DNA of 64,000 bases from Paecilomyces variotii (lineage: Eukaryota), in NCBI GenBank assembly GCA_004022145.1, contig RCNU01000009.1; one strand, given 5' to 3'. Shown here piece by piece: positions 48,475-60,669 of the stretch. A program made the position numbers and the translations under genes. The notes under the pieces were generated by a model that did no database searches, had not been told where the DNA came from, and saw only the letters and a list, made by a program, of their open reading frames with translations. Within the stretch, counting starts at the first letter, position 1. Each line of letters begins with the position of its first letter.

Positions 48475-51350
48475 TTAAAAGAGGCTCCAGCCGCGCGTCG
48501 TCTCCTTCGAAGGCACCGGACGCTGCGAGGACTTGGTGAAGTTGCGACCTTCCAGCTGGCGCAGGCTCTCAATCTTCTGCAGAGCCAGTTCCAACAGCTC
48601 CTTCTTCCTGATCACATCCAGATGTCGGCGGATGCGAGGATCCTCACGCGCAAACCGTTCGACCTCAGCGTCGGACAGATGTCGACCCAGTCGCATGTCC
48701 AACTCACGCGGGAAATTGTAGTAAAACTCGGAGAGCAACTCAACATTCAGGAAAAGTACAGCGGTCGACGTGAGCTTGTCGGCAACGACGTCGAGGAATA
48801 CCTCAGGGCAGTAATATTTGTTCTTCTTGTTGTTGCACTGTTTCGAGCGGACCGCAAGGAGTCTCATTTTGAGAAGATCGGCCCGATCGCGAAGGAAGAT
48901 GCCCTCACGAGCTAATAGATGGTTAGCATCAGCATCAGACCGTAAAAGAGGAGACGGACTACAAACCTTTCTGCAGGAGGGATGAACTGAACCCGCCCGC
49001 ACCGCCTGCGCCATCGCCTTCCAGAACAACGTCTCCCTTTCTCACTTTGTCGACAAAGGCCATCACATCCTTCAGCTTTCTTCTTCCGACGTCCTGCTCG
49101 ACCTGCTTTAGAGCGGATTCACAGGATCGCAGCTCATCCTTCAGTACCCGGCTAACGTTTTCTCGTCCCTTGGTCCATTCCATATCCTCCACTTCGATCT
49201 CGAACTTGTAAGGCTTGATGCAATTCTCTACCTGGTCACTTGTGCTGAAGAAGCGGTCGTTGAGGATGGTCGTGCAAGCCTCCTTGATCTGTTTCTGCGC
49301 GTACGGATGCGACGCAAACGTAGAGTTGGCCACAAGATGGTCGACATGGCTCTGGAGAGCGTTTGCAACCACCGTGGTCGCGAGTCGGCCAATACCAGAC
49401 TTAGTCAAGGAAGACGTTGAAGCATCGAGCTTTCTGTGCCAATACAGGGACTCCGGATCCGCTTTTGGCAGGTCCGTAAGAGGGTCCAGCTCAGGCATCG
49501 GGGGCGACAAGTCATCGAACGGCTTGTTCCAATATCTTTGCGCAAGAATGTCCATCACGCGCTGATCCAATTCATTCTTGAGCATCTCCCGGACTTGCGG
49601 CCGGCCAAAGTGCTCCGTGAACTCCTTGAAGGAGTGCTTGAAGCTGTCAAGGCTCTCTGCAAGATAAGACTCCGCGCTGAGCGGACGGTCGTTGTATTGA
49701 ACCTTGAATTCATAAGTCGCTTCTTCTAGCTCTTGACTGATCGCATCCCTAGTTCCTGCTAGGCTCGACGCCATTGTTTGTTCGAGAACATGCATCAGTT
49801 TCTTACGGAGAGTCGAAACCCCGACCTCAACGCCGGAATCCGGACCAAAGTCCGCAGGGTGCGTAGAGAAGTAAGCATTCTCATTTTTCAAAATGGCGCT
49901 GGAGATATTACCACTCGCCCGAGAGAAGAGCGCTGTGGTTTGAGGAACCCGACAGACCACGCCCACATAGCCTAGCCGTAGAGGATATTTCTTGTCCTGC
50001 AAGATGCTTGCACCTCTTTCTGGATCCACCAGATCCATCTTCGTGACCACACCAATTGTTCTCTCTCCTCGGGGATCAACTCTGCGGCTGGCCTTTAGGG
50101 CGGTCGAGTTGGCCAGATCAACATCCGCGGCCGATATGGCGAGAATGATGTTGGGAGGCTGAATATACTTGTCACACAGATCGGATATCTTCTGCTTAAG
50201 CTCCGGGGGCTGATCCCGGCCCGAAACTTGTATATATCCAGGAAGATCAATGAGAGAGAGATCAGGAACGTGAGGTGAAAAGATCGTCAGGCGAATGGGA
50301 TCGTCGCTGACGCAGTCTCTCTCGGGTACAGCCAAGTTCAAGTCGGTAAGAGTCCGTTGAATCTGGGTGAAATCGGTGATCTTCCCGAGACCAAGAGTTG
50401 GGAACTCGCCGTACTCTGTTTGGCTATCGGGCGTGTTGACCAAGGTAAGCTCGATCGGCCGGCGCGTCACCATGTTGAGACCCTTTGGGAGGAACTCATG
50501 TCCAACGATAGCTTCCAGGACAGAGCTTTTACCCGAAGACTGAGATCCAATGACCACTATTGATGGAAGCGTCAATGTGCTCGACTGCCCCACCGTCTGC
50601 AGGATATTTCTGATCTCGATCATCTTCCGCGTGAGAACCATCATCTGATCGTCTATCGCAATCTGCGTCGCACCTCGGACATCTCGTTCATCAGATTTGT
50701 CATAACCGAAAGCAGAAGCCGTTGCAGCTCCAGCAGCCGCAGCATTACGATTATCTCTGGGGGATCCTCCCTGGCCGCCAGAACCGCCGCCTTCAGACTC
50801 AGACTCCTCCCCTAGACGGAAGATCTTCTGCATCCATTCCGGAAGTTCCATCTCTTCCTTTTTCTTTTCCCAGCCACGACTCGTCTGCTCAGCCATACCC
50901 TGAAGCCCGTTGAATAGTCCAGTTGCCGTATCAGTAGCAGTCTCACCTGCCCGCTTGAGGATGTCGATGGCGTAGTTTCCCGCCTCTGTACTCAAAGAAT
51001 GTCGGTCAGCAAATGTACCTCCCCTCAGAAAAGCTCTCTGGAAACGTACGATTCGCTTGATATTGTATATAAGCCAATCCGGCAATCATCGCTCCCCCGA
51101 ACATAGCTGGAAGCCTGACTAGCTTGAGCGCAATCCGGGGTAGCATCCTCGCAAAGGATATCGTCCGCACCGCCGGAACATTGTTGTGTATAGCGTTGGC
51201 ACCGACCGGCCACGCTCGACCCCGTAACACTGCATTTCCATCTGCACGGAGGAGACCACCAGTTCTCGAACTCACGCTGTGCATATGGCGGGCCAGCAGG
51301 CCCCTCCTCAACAGCGGAGTCAAACGGTGGGAGAGAATCCTCCCGCTCAT
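48475..51350 (-). CDS. MGM1: Mitochondrial inner-membrane fusion dynamin GTPase (Mgm1/Msp1/OPA1), 3 exons
   Basis: Presequence and TM (FGGAMIAGLAYIQYQA); LPSIVVIGSQSSGKSS, VTRRP, DLPG, TKMD; C-terminal CPEVFLDVV...FAREDP. Confidence 0.95.
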
Positions 51351-51573
51351 GGTTATCGAATTTTCATGCGTGTCTCGGAATTGGCGAAATCAGCATGACC
51401 ATTTTCCAGCCGCAGGCCAGATGGTCGAATGTCCGGTTAGATGGAATTCCTGCGCAAGACCGACGTCTGCGCAGTGGCGATATCTAGCAGAGCAAAACAA
51501 CAGTCGATTACGGAGTCGGTCTCGCGATGCCCGTGACCTGCGCTAGTGGCCGCTTCGGCAGCCGGAGAAGCGG

Positions 51574-51584
51574 TGAGTCACGTG
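51574..51584. promoter_or_regulatory. Overlapping TGAGTCA (AP-1/Gcn4-type) and TCACGTG (bHLH/Cbf1-type) sites in the MGM1-DUG3 divergent promoter
   Basis: TGAGTCACGTG read directly; function inferred. Confidence 0.3.
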
Positions 51585-51944
51585 CGCCGTGTCATGGCTG
51601 CGGTGTGAGATGGATGGCGTGACGACGAAGGTATGGAAGGTAATCGGATTAACAAACAGACGGTGTGGGAATTCCTGGTTTCTTTTTCTTTTCCAGATAC
51701 CCTTGATTTATTATTCTTTCCCTTTCCCCGTACAGGTTGCGTTTCTTTTCTGTCCGCTTATCACTCTCTTGGCATTTGACAATCGGTGTATTCCTATGAC
51801 TCTTACGTCCGGCAGAACTTGAGGAGTCGCTTTCTTCCCTTCTTCCCACGGCGATTTCCCCTGGGTTGCCCGGAGTTTTCTTTTTGAATTGGTTTATTCT
51901 ACCTGAAAGTGTGTTAATCTCAACTGTGCAATTTGTGACCCAAC

Positions 51945-53306
51945 ATGTGCCGTCTCCTGGTAAGTTACGCCGTTCATTTCGTCCTGGTACTTTACTGTAG
52001 TAAGTACGCGCCACTCGCAGCTGAACTGACCGCTCCAAACCCAGGTCTACAAAGGAAGAAACGATATCCTGCTCAGCAAACTGATCACAGAACCAAGCCA
52101 CTCGATTCTTACCCAGTCCTATGATTCGAGATTGAGACTTGTATGTTAAACTACATTTCTGACACCTATAACTGGCAACGAAGCAATCAATCTAACCGGA
52201 ATCCCGCCATCGAACAGGACCGACGCCGCCCCGTCAACGGCGATGGTTTCGGAGTAGGATTCTACACGGACCCTAAGCTCGGCCCTGAACCATGCATCTT
52301 CACATCGACACTACCGGCGTGGAACTGTGAAAACCTCGAGCGTCTGGCAGCGAAGACATGCTCGAACCTGATCTTCGCACACGTGCGGGCAACGACCGAG
52401 GGCACCCTCGCGGAGAACAACTGCCATCCTTTCCAGCACAATACCCTGATGTGGATGCACAATGGCAATGTTGGCGGATGGAAGTACATCAAGCGCGCGC
52501 TGGCTGACTCCCTCGCGGACAAGTGGTATCTGGGCGTGAAGGGAGGGACGGATAGCGAATGGGCCTTTGCTCTGTTCCTCGATTTGATGGAGAAAGAGGG
52601 GGCTGATCCTAGCTCTGATCCTGGCCCAGAGGGTTTTGGACAGGCGTTCCTGCGCCGCGTTATGATGAAGACGATTGCTAAGATTAACGAGTTCGTGCGA
52701 GAGATTCCGGAGAAGCATAATGTGACAGGAGTGGAGACGCGCAGCCTGCTCAACTTTGCCGTCACAGATGGACATACGGTCATCTGCACTCGGTATATAA
52801 GCAGCAAAACTGACGAACCGGCGAGTTTGTACTTTTCTTCCGGCACCAAGTGGAAGGAGGGCAAGACAAAGGGCCATTTCAAGATGGAGCGTCACGACAA
52901 AGGTGCTGATATTGTCTTGGTGGCTAGTGAGCCTATCACTTTCGAGAGACGTGAGTGGATTCGTTTTTCTATATCATATAATACACTCCATTGCTAACTT
53001 TCGTTTCTGCTAGATAACTGGGTGTCTGTTCCTACAAACTCGATTCTCACCATACACAAGCAGACTGTGTTATTGCATCCTATCCTGGATGAATTCTATG
53101 ATGATGACCCCAACATGGACCGCTCCTCCTGCTATGCGGTATCTCAAGGTCAGAGTGCTGCACAGGGCACCGCAGTCCCATCCCAGAGTGCAGCCGCTGC
53201 CTGCACGCCTCCCGAGCCCGACTCGGCGGACACCAATGAGCATATCAATGGCCCGAGACTGCACGAACTGAGCCACAAGATGACACAGATCCAGCTACAA
53301 ACTTGA
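51945..53306 (+). CDS. DUG3: Class II (Ntn) glutamine amidotransferase Dug3, glutathione degradation, 4 exons
   Basis: Starts MCRLL/VYKG (Ntn Cys2); ITEPSHSILTQSYDSRLRL/DRRRPVNGDGFGVG; PAWN; FAHVRA; NCHPF; MHNG; TDSE; SLLNFAVTDG; VASEP. Confidence 0.93.
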
Positions 53307-53731
53307 ACGGGACCAAGCTTGTGCTATTGATTCTTTCCAATCTAGGGACAACTGGAAGGATGTTGTATGAATTTGATTCACGAATGCTGGAGTTAGGAGA
53401 CGCAGATGTCGGGAAAGGTTGAATTGGCGTTCGGAATGGACTTCGGAGTTTCCAGATGCTTTCACGTCGTTATTCTAATACATTTTTGTAGTTAACTATT
53501 CGAACCTTCAACATTTCAAGTTAGCGAGAATTTCTGTATATCATCGCAGAGAATACATACCATTTGTAATGTCAGTCGCTTTCACAAGGAATAGCATATC
53601 TGATTCTCCAGCTTCACTCCCCACAAGGATGTCGAGCCAGTATAGGAAGGCCAGAAGAGAAAAACTTCTTCCCTTCTCTTTCAATAGTATACGTTGCAAG
53701 TCATGTCGACATGCTCACTGGCCCTAAAATC

Positions 53732-54880
53732 CTAGATATCTTCTCCAGAGATATTCGCATGTTTGAAATATTTCATCCCCACCCACGCGACCACCACCCA
53801 AACCCACGCCATGACAGCCGTGCAGACCATCAGGGCAGGATAGTACCCAACGATCGGTAAGGTAGGATCATCCTCCAGTTCCGGAGGTGCATATGGCGTT
53901 TCACCAACATCCCATGCCCAGCTCCAGACTCCGAAGCAGCTGCCCATACCGATCACAAACACAATCCACGTCACTATGAGAATGATCCAGCCCCACCATT
54001 CTGTCTCTGAGTAATCCCATATATCCTGGACGCTCTTCAGGTCAGAGGAGTGAGTTGCAAGGGGCGATTTCGGACGATGTCCCGCTCTGTGCTGCCGGCT
54101 CATAGACTCGGATCGGAGAGGGAAGTAGGAATCTGAACTGGATGATGGGGTCGGGATGTGGACTCCAGCAGCAGCGGCGCCGGTGCCGCTGGTGGTGGAT
54201 GCACCTCGAATGGTGGAATTGGCAAGACGGGGGAAGGGGATGATGTCTTCGTCGTCGGTCGTTGTCTCATCGCCGAGTATCGAACTGGACACGTTGGGCT
54301 GTAGACGCGAAGGAGTGGTGGACGCACTCAGTAGGTTACTGTTGCGTCGTGTGTTCACGCGCGACCATCCGGAGGCAGACATACCATCGTCGCCATCGAA
54401 ACTGCCTCGTGGAGTGGCTTCGTCGTCGAGAGAGGTTGGACTGACTGGTGAGCGTCGCGAGGTGTTGTCGGTACTGTATCCGTTGGAGTCGCCGCGCGAA
54501 ACGTCTAAACTCCTGGGCGAGCCATTATTCAGTCTCTTCTCCCTGGATTCGAATCGTGTGCCTAGCAGGGCCGTCTTGCGCAAGGAACCCTTCCTCCTGC
54601 GGGTCCGCCTCTGTTGCTGGATCGCTGTCGCCAATGCCCTGCCCTTCGGCCGCGGTGTTGGGAGAGAGCCATCTCCATCGTCCCCCTCGACATCAGCATC
54701 CTTCCCAGAACTTGTATCTGTTGTCTGGCTCATCCGGAGGAACGACAGCTTCGCCAAGAGACTGCCAGACAAGCTGCGGCGATGACCAGTGCTGTTGGCG
54801 CTCCCCGATCGTGGTCTCCCAAGAAGCTCTCCACTGTCGACGGACCGTCCCACAGGCGTCTGCTCGGATCCATCTTCCAT
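53732..54880 (-). CDS. Membrane protein with a disordered N-terminus and C-terminal PIG-Y/Eri1-like two-TM domain
   Basis: First ATG of the 403-aa ORF is at 54880. C-terminus WWGWIILIVTWIVFVIGMGS...YYPALMVCTAVMAWVWVVVAWVGMKYFKHA resembles the GPI-GlcNAc transferase subunit Y family (from memory). Confidence 0.7.
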   Translation of the reverse strand: MEDGSEQTPVGRSVDSGELLGRPRSGSANSTGHRRSLSGSLLAKLSFLRMSQTTDTSSGKDADVEGDDGDGSLPTPRPKGRALATAIQQQRRTRRRKGSLRKTALLGTRFESREKRLNNGSPRSLDVSRGDSNGYSTDNTSRRSPVSPTSLDDEATPRGSFDGDDGMSASGWSRVNTRRNSNLLSASTTPSRLQPNVSSSILGDETTTDDEDIIPFPRLANSTIRGASTTSGTGAAAAGVHIPTPSSSSDSYFPLRSESMSRQHRAGHRPKSPLATHSSDLKSVQDIWDYSETEWWGWIILIVTWIVFVIGMGSCFGVWSWAWDVGETPYAPPELEDDPTLPIVGYYPALMVCTAVMAWVWVVVAWVGMKYFKHANISGEDI

Positions 54881-56213
54881 TGGCGCGTCGGGGGCCAGCC
54901 CTTCCTCCAATCGTCCGGGATAATTGACAGTCTGGCAGGACAACTTGAGTCCGGCGAATTCGACCAGAGAGTTCTGACGATTCTAAGGAGCTGGTTTCAC
55001 AGTACAAGAATGGAAGTGGAGCCGGGGTAATGGCATGCGCAGGTAGCTTAAAGCTTGGCTCTAGCGCTAGTTAAACTAGCAAGGCGTGCGGAGATTTCTC
55101 CTGGTTTACTTTACTCTTATCATGCTACATCGACTATGCGATCTCGTGAAAAAAATACTTGGACAACGTGGACACGGCTCCAGATGATCATGGAAGCTTG
55201 GGCTTCTCCATGCATCCATAGATACTCCAATTTCCGCGTGGCATACGAGCTCTGCTCTCTAAAGTGGTAGGAAATGCAGAGCCGCTTACTTAACATATGC
55301 ATCTGCTGGGCGCCCTAATGCATAATCCAAGACAATTGTAGAAGGCTCTTCCAAGTAGAGGGGAAATTGGGAGACCGACAGGGCCAGAGATGTACACGAA
55401 ACGTACGGGAAAGAACGAGACAAAAATAGGGGGAATGTCAACATGGATGACGTATCGGGATGAGCCATTTCAAGATTTTCCACGAACAGAAAGTATGAAC
55501 TCAGCGTTGGCATCAAGAAAGGTTCAGAGACCACAGAAAGGAAGCTATAGAAAATATTCGCATCGAGGGGGTGCAGAAAAGTAACTAGATTCGTTCACGT
55601 GAAGTTCGTCGTAGCATTGGCGAGAAGGAAATATTCGAAAGGCAAATTATGGGATAAGAAAAAAAGAAATAAATTTGTGCGCACATGAAGACATCAGATT
55701 CGCTCAGTAAGCCGCGCACATACGAAAAAGATACGAAGATACAAACTTAGAAAGGTAGGCTTATTGAGCAACAGCCAAGTGGCAGAGGGGAGAGAAGCGA
55801 CAGGAAAGTACTTTTAGTTTACTCAAGGGGGAGCGCCGGAATAGGGGATCCAAGAAGCTATCAACCAAACACACGAACGTTCACGCAAAGACCGGGGAAA
55901 GGAATGATCCAATAGACGAGTGGATTCGATTCAGGGGTATTGACGGACAGACGCACAAATTTCATTTGAGGGGGGCCACTGAAGGAAATACTCGTAGAAA
56001 CGAAAACATTCGCTTGGAAAACCTATTTGGGAATGACAATCTCAGAAGGTAGGTGCTGGAATCGAATAGAAATGGGCGACGAATATAGAACGAAGATGGA
56101 AAAAAGTGAGATGCTCTCCTCGCTGCACGAGACAGCTACACTCACGTTCAGAAAGGCATCAAAAACCAATTCAGGAAGGACTATCATCCAACGGAAGCGG
56201 CCATGATGATGGA

Positions 56214-58043
56214 CTACGCCTGGTAGCCTCCAAAGCCATTTCCAAAGCCGGCGTTACCAGGCTGAGCCCATGCTGCTCCAGGAGGCGTCTGACCACGGCC
56301 ATAGCCTGCAGCATTGCCTGGAAGCTGGCCGTAGCCTTGGACTGGGATTCCAGGACCACCGAAATTGGTAGCCTGCTGGTCCCAACCGCGACCAGCCGGA
56401 CTAGGACCTGAAGCCGTCACAGTCAGCAGGAGAAACGTTTGACCACGGTACATAATTCAACTTACCCGTAGGGGTCATAGGTCCAGTAGGACCTCCGTAC
56501 TGAGGAAAGTAGGGAGACGCGGCACCGCCAAAGCCAGCAGCAGCAGCACCAGCCTGCTGCGGTGAGAAACCATCGAACTGGCCGGTGGGAGGACGATCCT
56601 TGCCCCACTGTGACGCTGTTAGTAAGGGCAATGCCAGATAAGAGGAATATATGATGGAATGACATACGCTGCACTTCAATGGACGTCCGTTGACGTTGTA
56701 TCCGTTAAGCTGGCAGATCGCCATGGCAGCATTCTCGTGGGTGTCCATCTTCACAAAGGCGAATCCACGGTCGGCCTGGACGCGAGTCTCAACGACGTAG
56801 CCGAAATTCTGGAACAATGGGACGAGATCATTCTGTGTTGTGTACGGGGTGAGGTTTCCGACATAACAAGTTGTCTGCCACTGAGGAGTCTGTGCAACCA
56901 CCATGTCGTAGCTCTGAATGCCATGAGTAGGGAAGTGGTGATGACCAAATGCAGTGGTAGGAGTCATGCCCATGGCGGCCATCGCCTGCTGTTGAGAGAT
57001 GGAAGGTTGTCCCTTTTGGTTGGCCCAGTTGCAGCGAATAGCACGAGAACCAAGCCATTCCCCGTCCATGGAACTCAAAGCTTTCTCGGCATCTCCGCGC
57101 TCGCGGAAAGCGACGAAACCGTAGCCACGGGACCGACCAGTCTTCATGTCCCACATCACGCGAGCTTCAGAAACAGAGCCAAAAGCAGAGAAGGCCTGAA
57201 GGAGGACCTCGTCGTTGACCTCGTTGCTCAGATCACCGACGAAGATGTGGAAGTGGTTAGAAGTGTCTTCCTTGTTCGTGTTGTTGGACTGGTAGGCCCA
57301 GTTCACACGGATTTCCTAGAGAGAAGACCTGTCAGAGAATGGTTGACATCGAACTGTAACGGAAGAGAAGCGCCTACCGACTGATGGACACGGCGTCCGT
57401 TAAGGGTCTGCATCGCTCTCTCTGCCGCACCAGGGTCGTCGTACTCGATAAAACCGTAGTTCAGGCCCTTACTCTGGAACTTCGTCGCAGTTAGCTATCG
57501 GCTTCTTACCTCGAGACAGTGTCCGCAAGCTGTCTTGAGCAGATGTAGTCACAGGAATGTGGAGTGGAGAGTTGATTGAGGTGAGGTGCGGAGAATAGAT
57601 GGAGGTTATGCGGGTGAAGTGAATAAAGGCGGGTCTCAGGCAACAGCTGGTGAACGACTCACGTTCTTGTCCGGAATAATCTTCACACTCTGCACATGAC
57701 CTGTCGTCTCAAAGATCTGCTTGAGAATGTCCTCTGTGACTCTGGGATCCAGCCCTCCGACATACAGAGCTCGCTTGTTTGGCTCTGGCGCCGCCCGACG
57801 CACGTAGCCGCCGGCGCTAGTCGGAGACATCATGTTCCCTGATATCGGGGAGGTAATTGCCGTCGGAATCGGGTTTGTGTTCTGTGGAATGACCACAGGG
57901 GGCAGAGGTGGTGGAGGCATATGGGAAGGGTTCCCTTGACTATTCCCCTGAGATCCATCATATTGCTGACCCGGAGCGCCTGCAGCTGCCTGAGGAGGCG
58001 GTGGAAGAGTGGAAGAAGAGGATGGTGGCGCGTTGTCCGCCAT
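56214..58043 (-). CDS. PUB1: Three-RRM poly(U)-binding protein Pub1/TIA-1-like, 5 exons
   Basis: RRM1 LYVGGL...NYGFIEY; RRM2 IFVGDL...SRGYGFVAF...GSRAIRCNWANQK; RRM3 CYVGNL...RGFAFVK...GRPLKCS/WGK; Gly/Gln/Pro-rich tail. Confidence 0.93.
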
Positions 58044-59211
58044 TGTTGGGCCGAAAGTCGTTTATACGTATCGAATACAAAGAAAACCGACAATTATATA
58101 TAACTTCGATGAAGGTCGAAGCACTCGATCAATGTAAGCGTTAGCGGGATATCACGATATCGACAACGGAACGGTGCAGATCGCAATGGGAACGGCCGCA
58201 AAGCTAGACGAGACGGAAAATGGGCGACTATCAAGGCACCGGTATCAAGTGAACTTGGGGCTAGATCATACAATAGCTTGAGAAGGATGGATCGTTGCGC
58301 GCAGGAGGAGCTGATTTTCGTGGCGGATTAATGGTTGCGGGAACGGAGACTCAAACAAACGGCTGTCTAACTAATCCAAAGCCACGAGAAACTGCGAGGG
58401 AAAAGCGGCGCAGCTAGAGGCCAAAGAAACGGGATAAAAGGACCAAAAAGGATGAAGATGAGAGGAAAGAGAGAACCAAAACACTCGAGTCCGGACGCCA
58501 GGAGACCGCGAAACGGATCACGAGAGATGGAAAAGATGCGATGATCTTATGGGGGGTTTGGATGGGGAGGCGGAAAAGTGAACGAGGAGTTTGGATGGGC
58601 AACCTAAGAGCCGCTTGGGGGAGGGGACACGCTAAGTCTGATAGCGTTAGGCGGCACAGCTTGCTCTAGTTACACCATCCGGTACGGAGAGCGTGGTGGC
58701 CCATGGCGCATCTCTACATCTTTGTTCGATCAGAAGGGGAGTATCCTGTCGTGAGAGCAAGACGTCCAGAAGCCTCGTTTTAGCCTGCACGGCGTGTTTC
58801 TTTGTCGCGTGGCTGTCTGGCTGTTAACGTGCAGGTCTGGTATGCAACAACACCGATCAAACCAGGCCATCACGTCCTCTCATCCACCTTTCTCCAGCTG
58901 GAGCACGGTTCATCGTGGACCCATACGCCCTGGGAAGAAGGTTAAATAGACCCCATCGAGATTCGCTTGATATCAATCAGCCCCTCCGCTGCTGCTTTCG
59001 ATCCAATCTTTTCTTTCCTGTCATTCTTGCTCTGTGATACCCACTCCTGCGCCTCTTTTGTCCCTTTCCCGGCGCGTGGCGTTCTGCGCTTTGGCCAAAG
59101 CTCTGTTGGAATAAAGGACGATCTCCAGTCGCAAAGAGGTTGCTGATCAACTACCCTATACTTCTCATTCTGACCCAGCATTTCGAGACGGGCTCTGCGC
59201 ACCTCCACCTC

Positions 59212-60432
59212 ATGGCGAAGGACTCTTTGAAGGCTGAGCTGCCCTTTCTTCCAAGCAAGCCAGCAGTGCAGCAAGCCTCCACCATGGTTGCCGTGAACTC
59301 GACTGCCAACCCAGAGTCCCTTGCGGTTCTCACCGCGATGGTGAATCAGACAGTACGCCCTCTATCCCAGACACGATTGGCCCATGTACTCACATCTGGA
59401 AGCTCATTGAGACGGGTCGGTTCTTTCGCTCGTCAGGGTCCATGCTGTCGAGGACCCAGTTAAAGCGGGCGATCCCACCGGCGCACGAGCAATTTCAGAA
59501 TGCGTTAGATAACCTATCAGAGCAGATCGTATGTCTTCTTCCCGTCTAGTATCTGTTGACAGCAACACATGCAAAGCCTGCTCCCACTCTAAGATCGTAT
59601 TATCATTGACGCCTTTCAGTTTATCGCCAAGGCATTCCTGGAAAAGGACTATGAAGCTGTCCAGGCGAAGAAAACGACGCCGCCAGCTCCTGTACCAGCA
59701 GCGCCTACCGTTGAGCCTCAACCAGCAGAGGACGTTGTGATGAAAGAAGAGCCAGTTGACTCGGGAGAATTGGCCCAGGGATCTGCCAATCAGACAGGAG
59801 CGCTATCGTCGGAGCAGAAAAAGGCTGACGAGAAGGGTGAAGGAAAGGTGACTCAAGCAGTGACTCATCAGCAGACGGGACAAGAGAAGGATGTAAAGAC
59901 CGAAAAGCAAGAAGAAACGGGCACTCAGACAGGCCAGCAATTGGGGGCAGGTGACGAGCTCTTCGGTTCCATGCTTCCTGACACAGGCGGTGCTGGGCCC
60001 AACGAGTTCGACTTACATCTCGATTTTGGCAACGATGAGATTGGTAACCAGAACTTTCTGGCGGGAGCCAACTTCCTCGATTCTGCGGCTGGAAATAATG
60101 GCGGCCATGGCCAAGCAAAGGATCAAGCCGGCTCTATCAGCTCGTTGTTGCCGGGTCTCGAGAGCTATGCTGCGAATGCAACTGACGAAGAGTTCAATAT
60201 GGATCTGCAGAACACAGGAAACAACACTTCCCAACAGCAGGGTCAGCAGCAATCAGATGCGCAGAAGGACAATAACAGCAACAATCAAGATGAAGTGATG
60301 GCCCCAGGAGGATCCAGCTTCGATGATCTCTTCATGGAGAATGATAATTTCGGCGGGGATGGTGACGATAACCTGCTTGGTGGGGATGGGCTAATGGACA
60401 TCGGGGAACTGGATGATTCCTGGTTTAACTGA
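59212..60432 (+). CDS. Conserved-type fungal protein, candidate Mediator tail subunit Med2/Med29; exons 59212 (or 59284)-59352, 59403-59528, 59620-60432
   Basis: Two canonical introns give ...LTAMVNQT/LIETGRFFRSSGSMLSRTQLKRAIPPAHEQFQNALDNLSEQI/FIAKAFLEKDYE..., in frame with ORF 59737-60432; N/Q/acidic tail ending GELDDSWFN. The gene is well supported, its identity is inferred. Confidence 0.7.
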
Positions 60433-60669
60433 GAACATGGGAACTCCCGAACTAGGACTTCTGCGTCTGTCCTTCACAATAGATATGTACCATTAATATT
60501 ATTTCTGAAGATATTACTCGTCATTTATTAGTACAATTTGTGACGCATTGATTTTGGTCCCATCACCGACAACACTAGATCCCAGACACTCAAGGAAAGT
60601 CCCGAATCTATGTTCGTTTTAAAGCTGACCCGTAAAAGCCATGTTCTATCCTATCCCATTCTACCTCCT

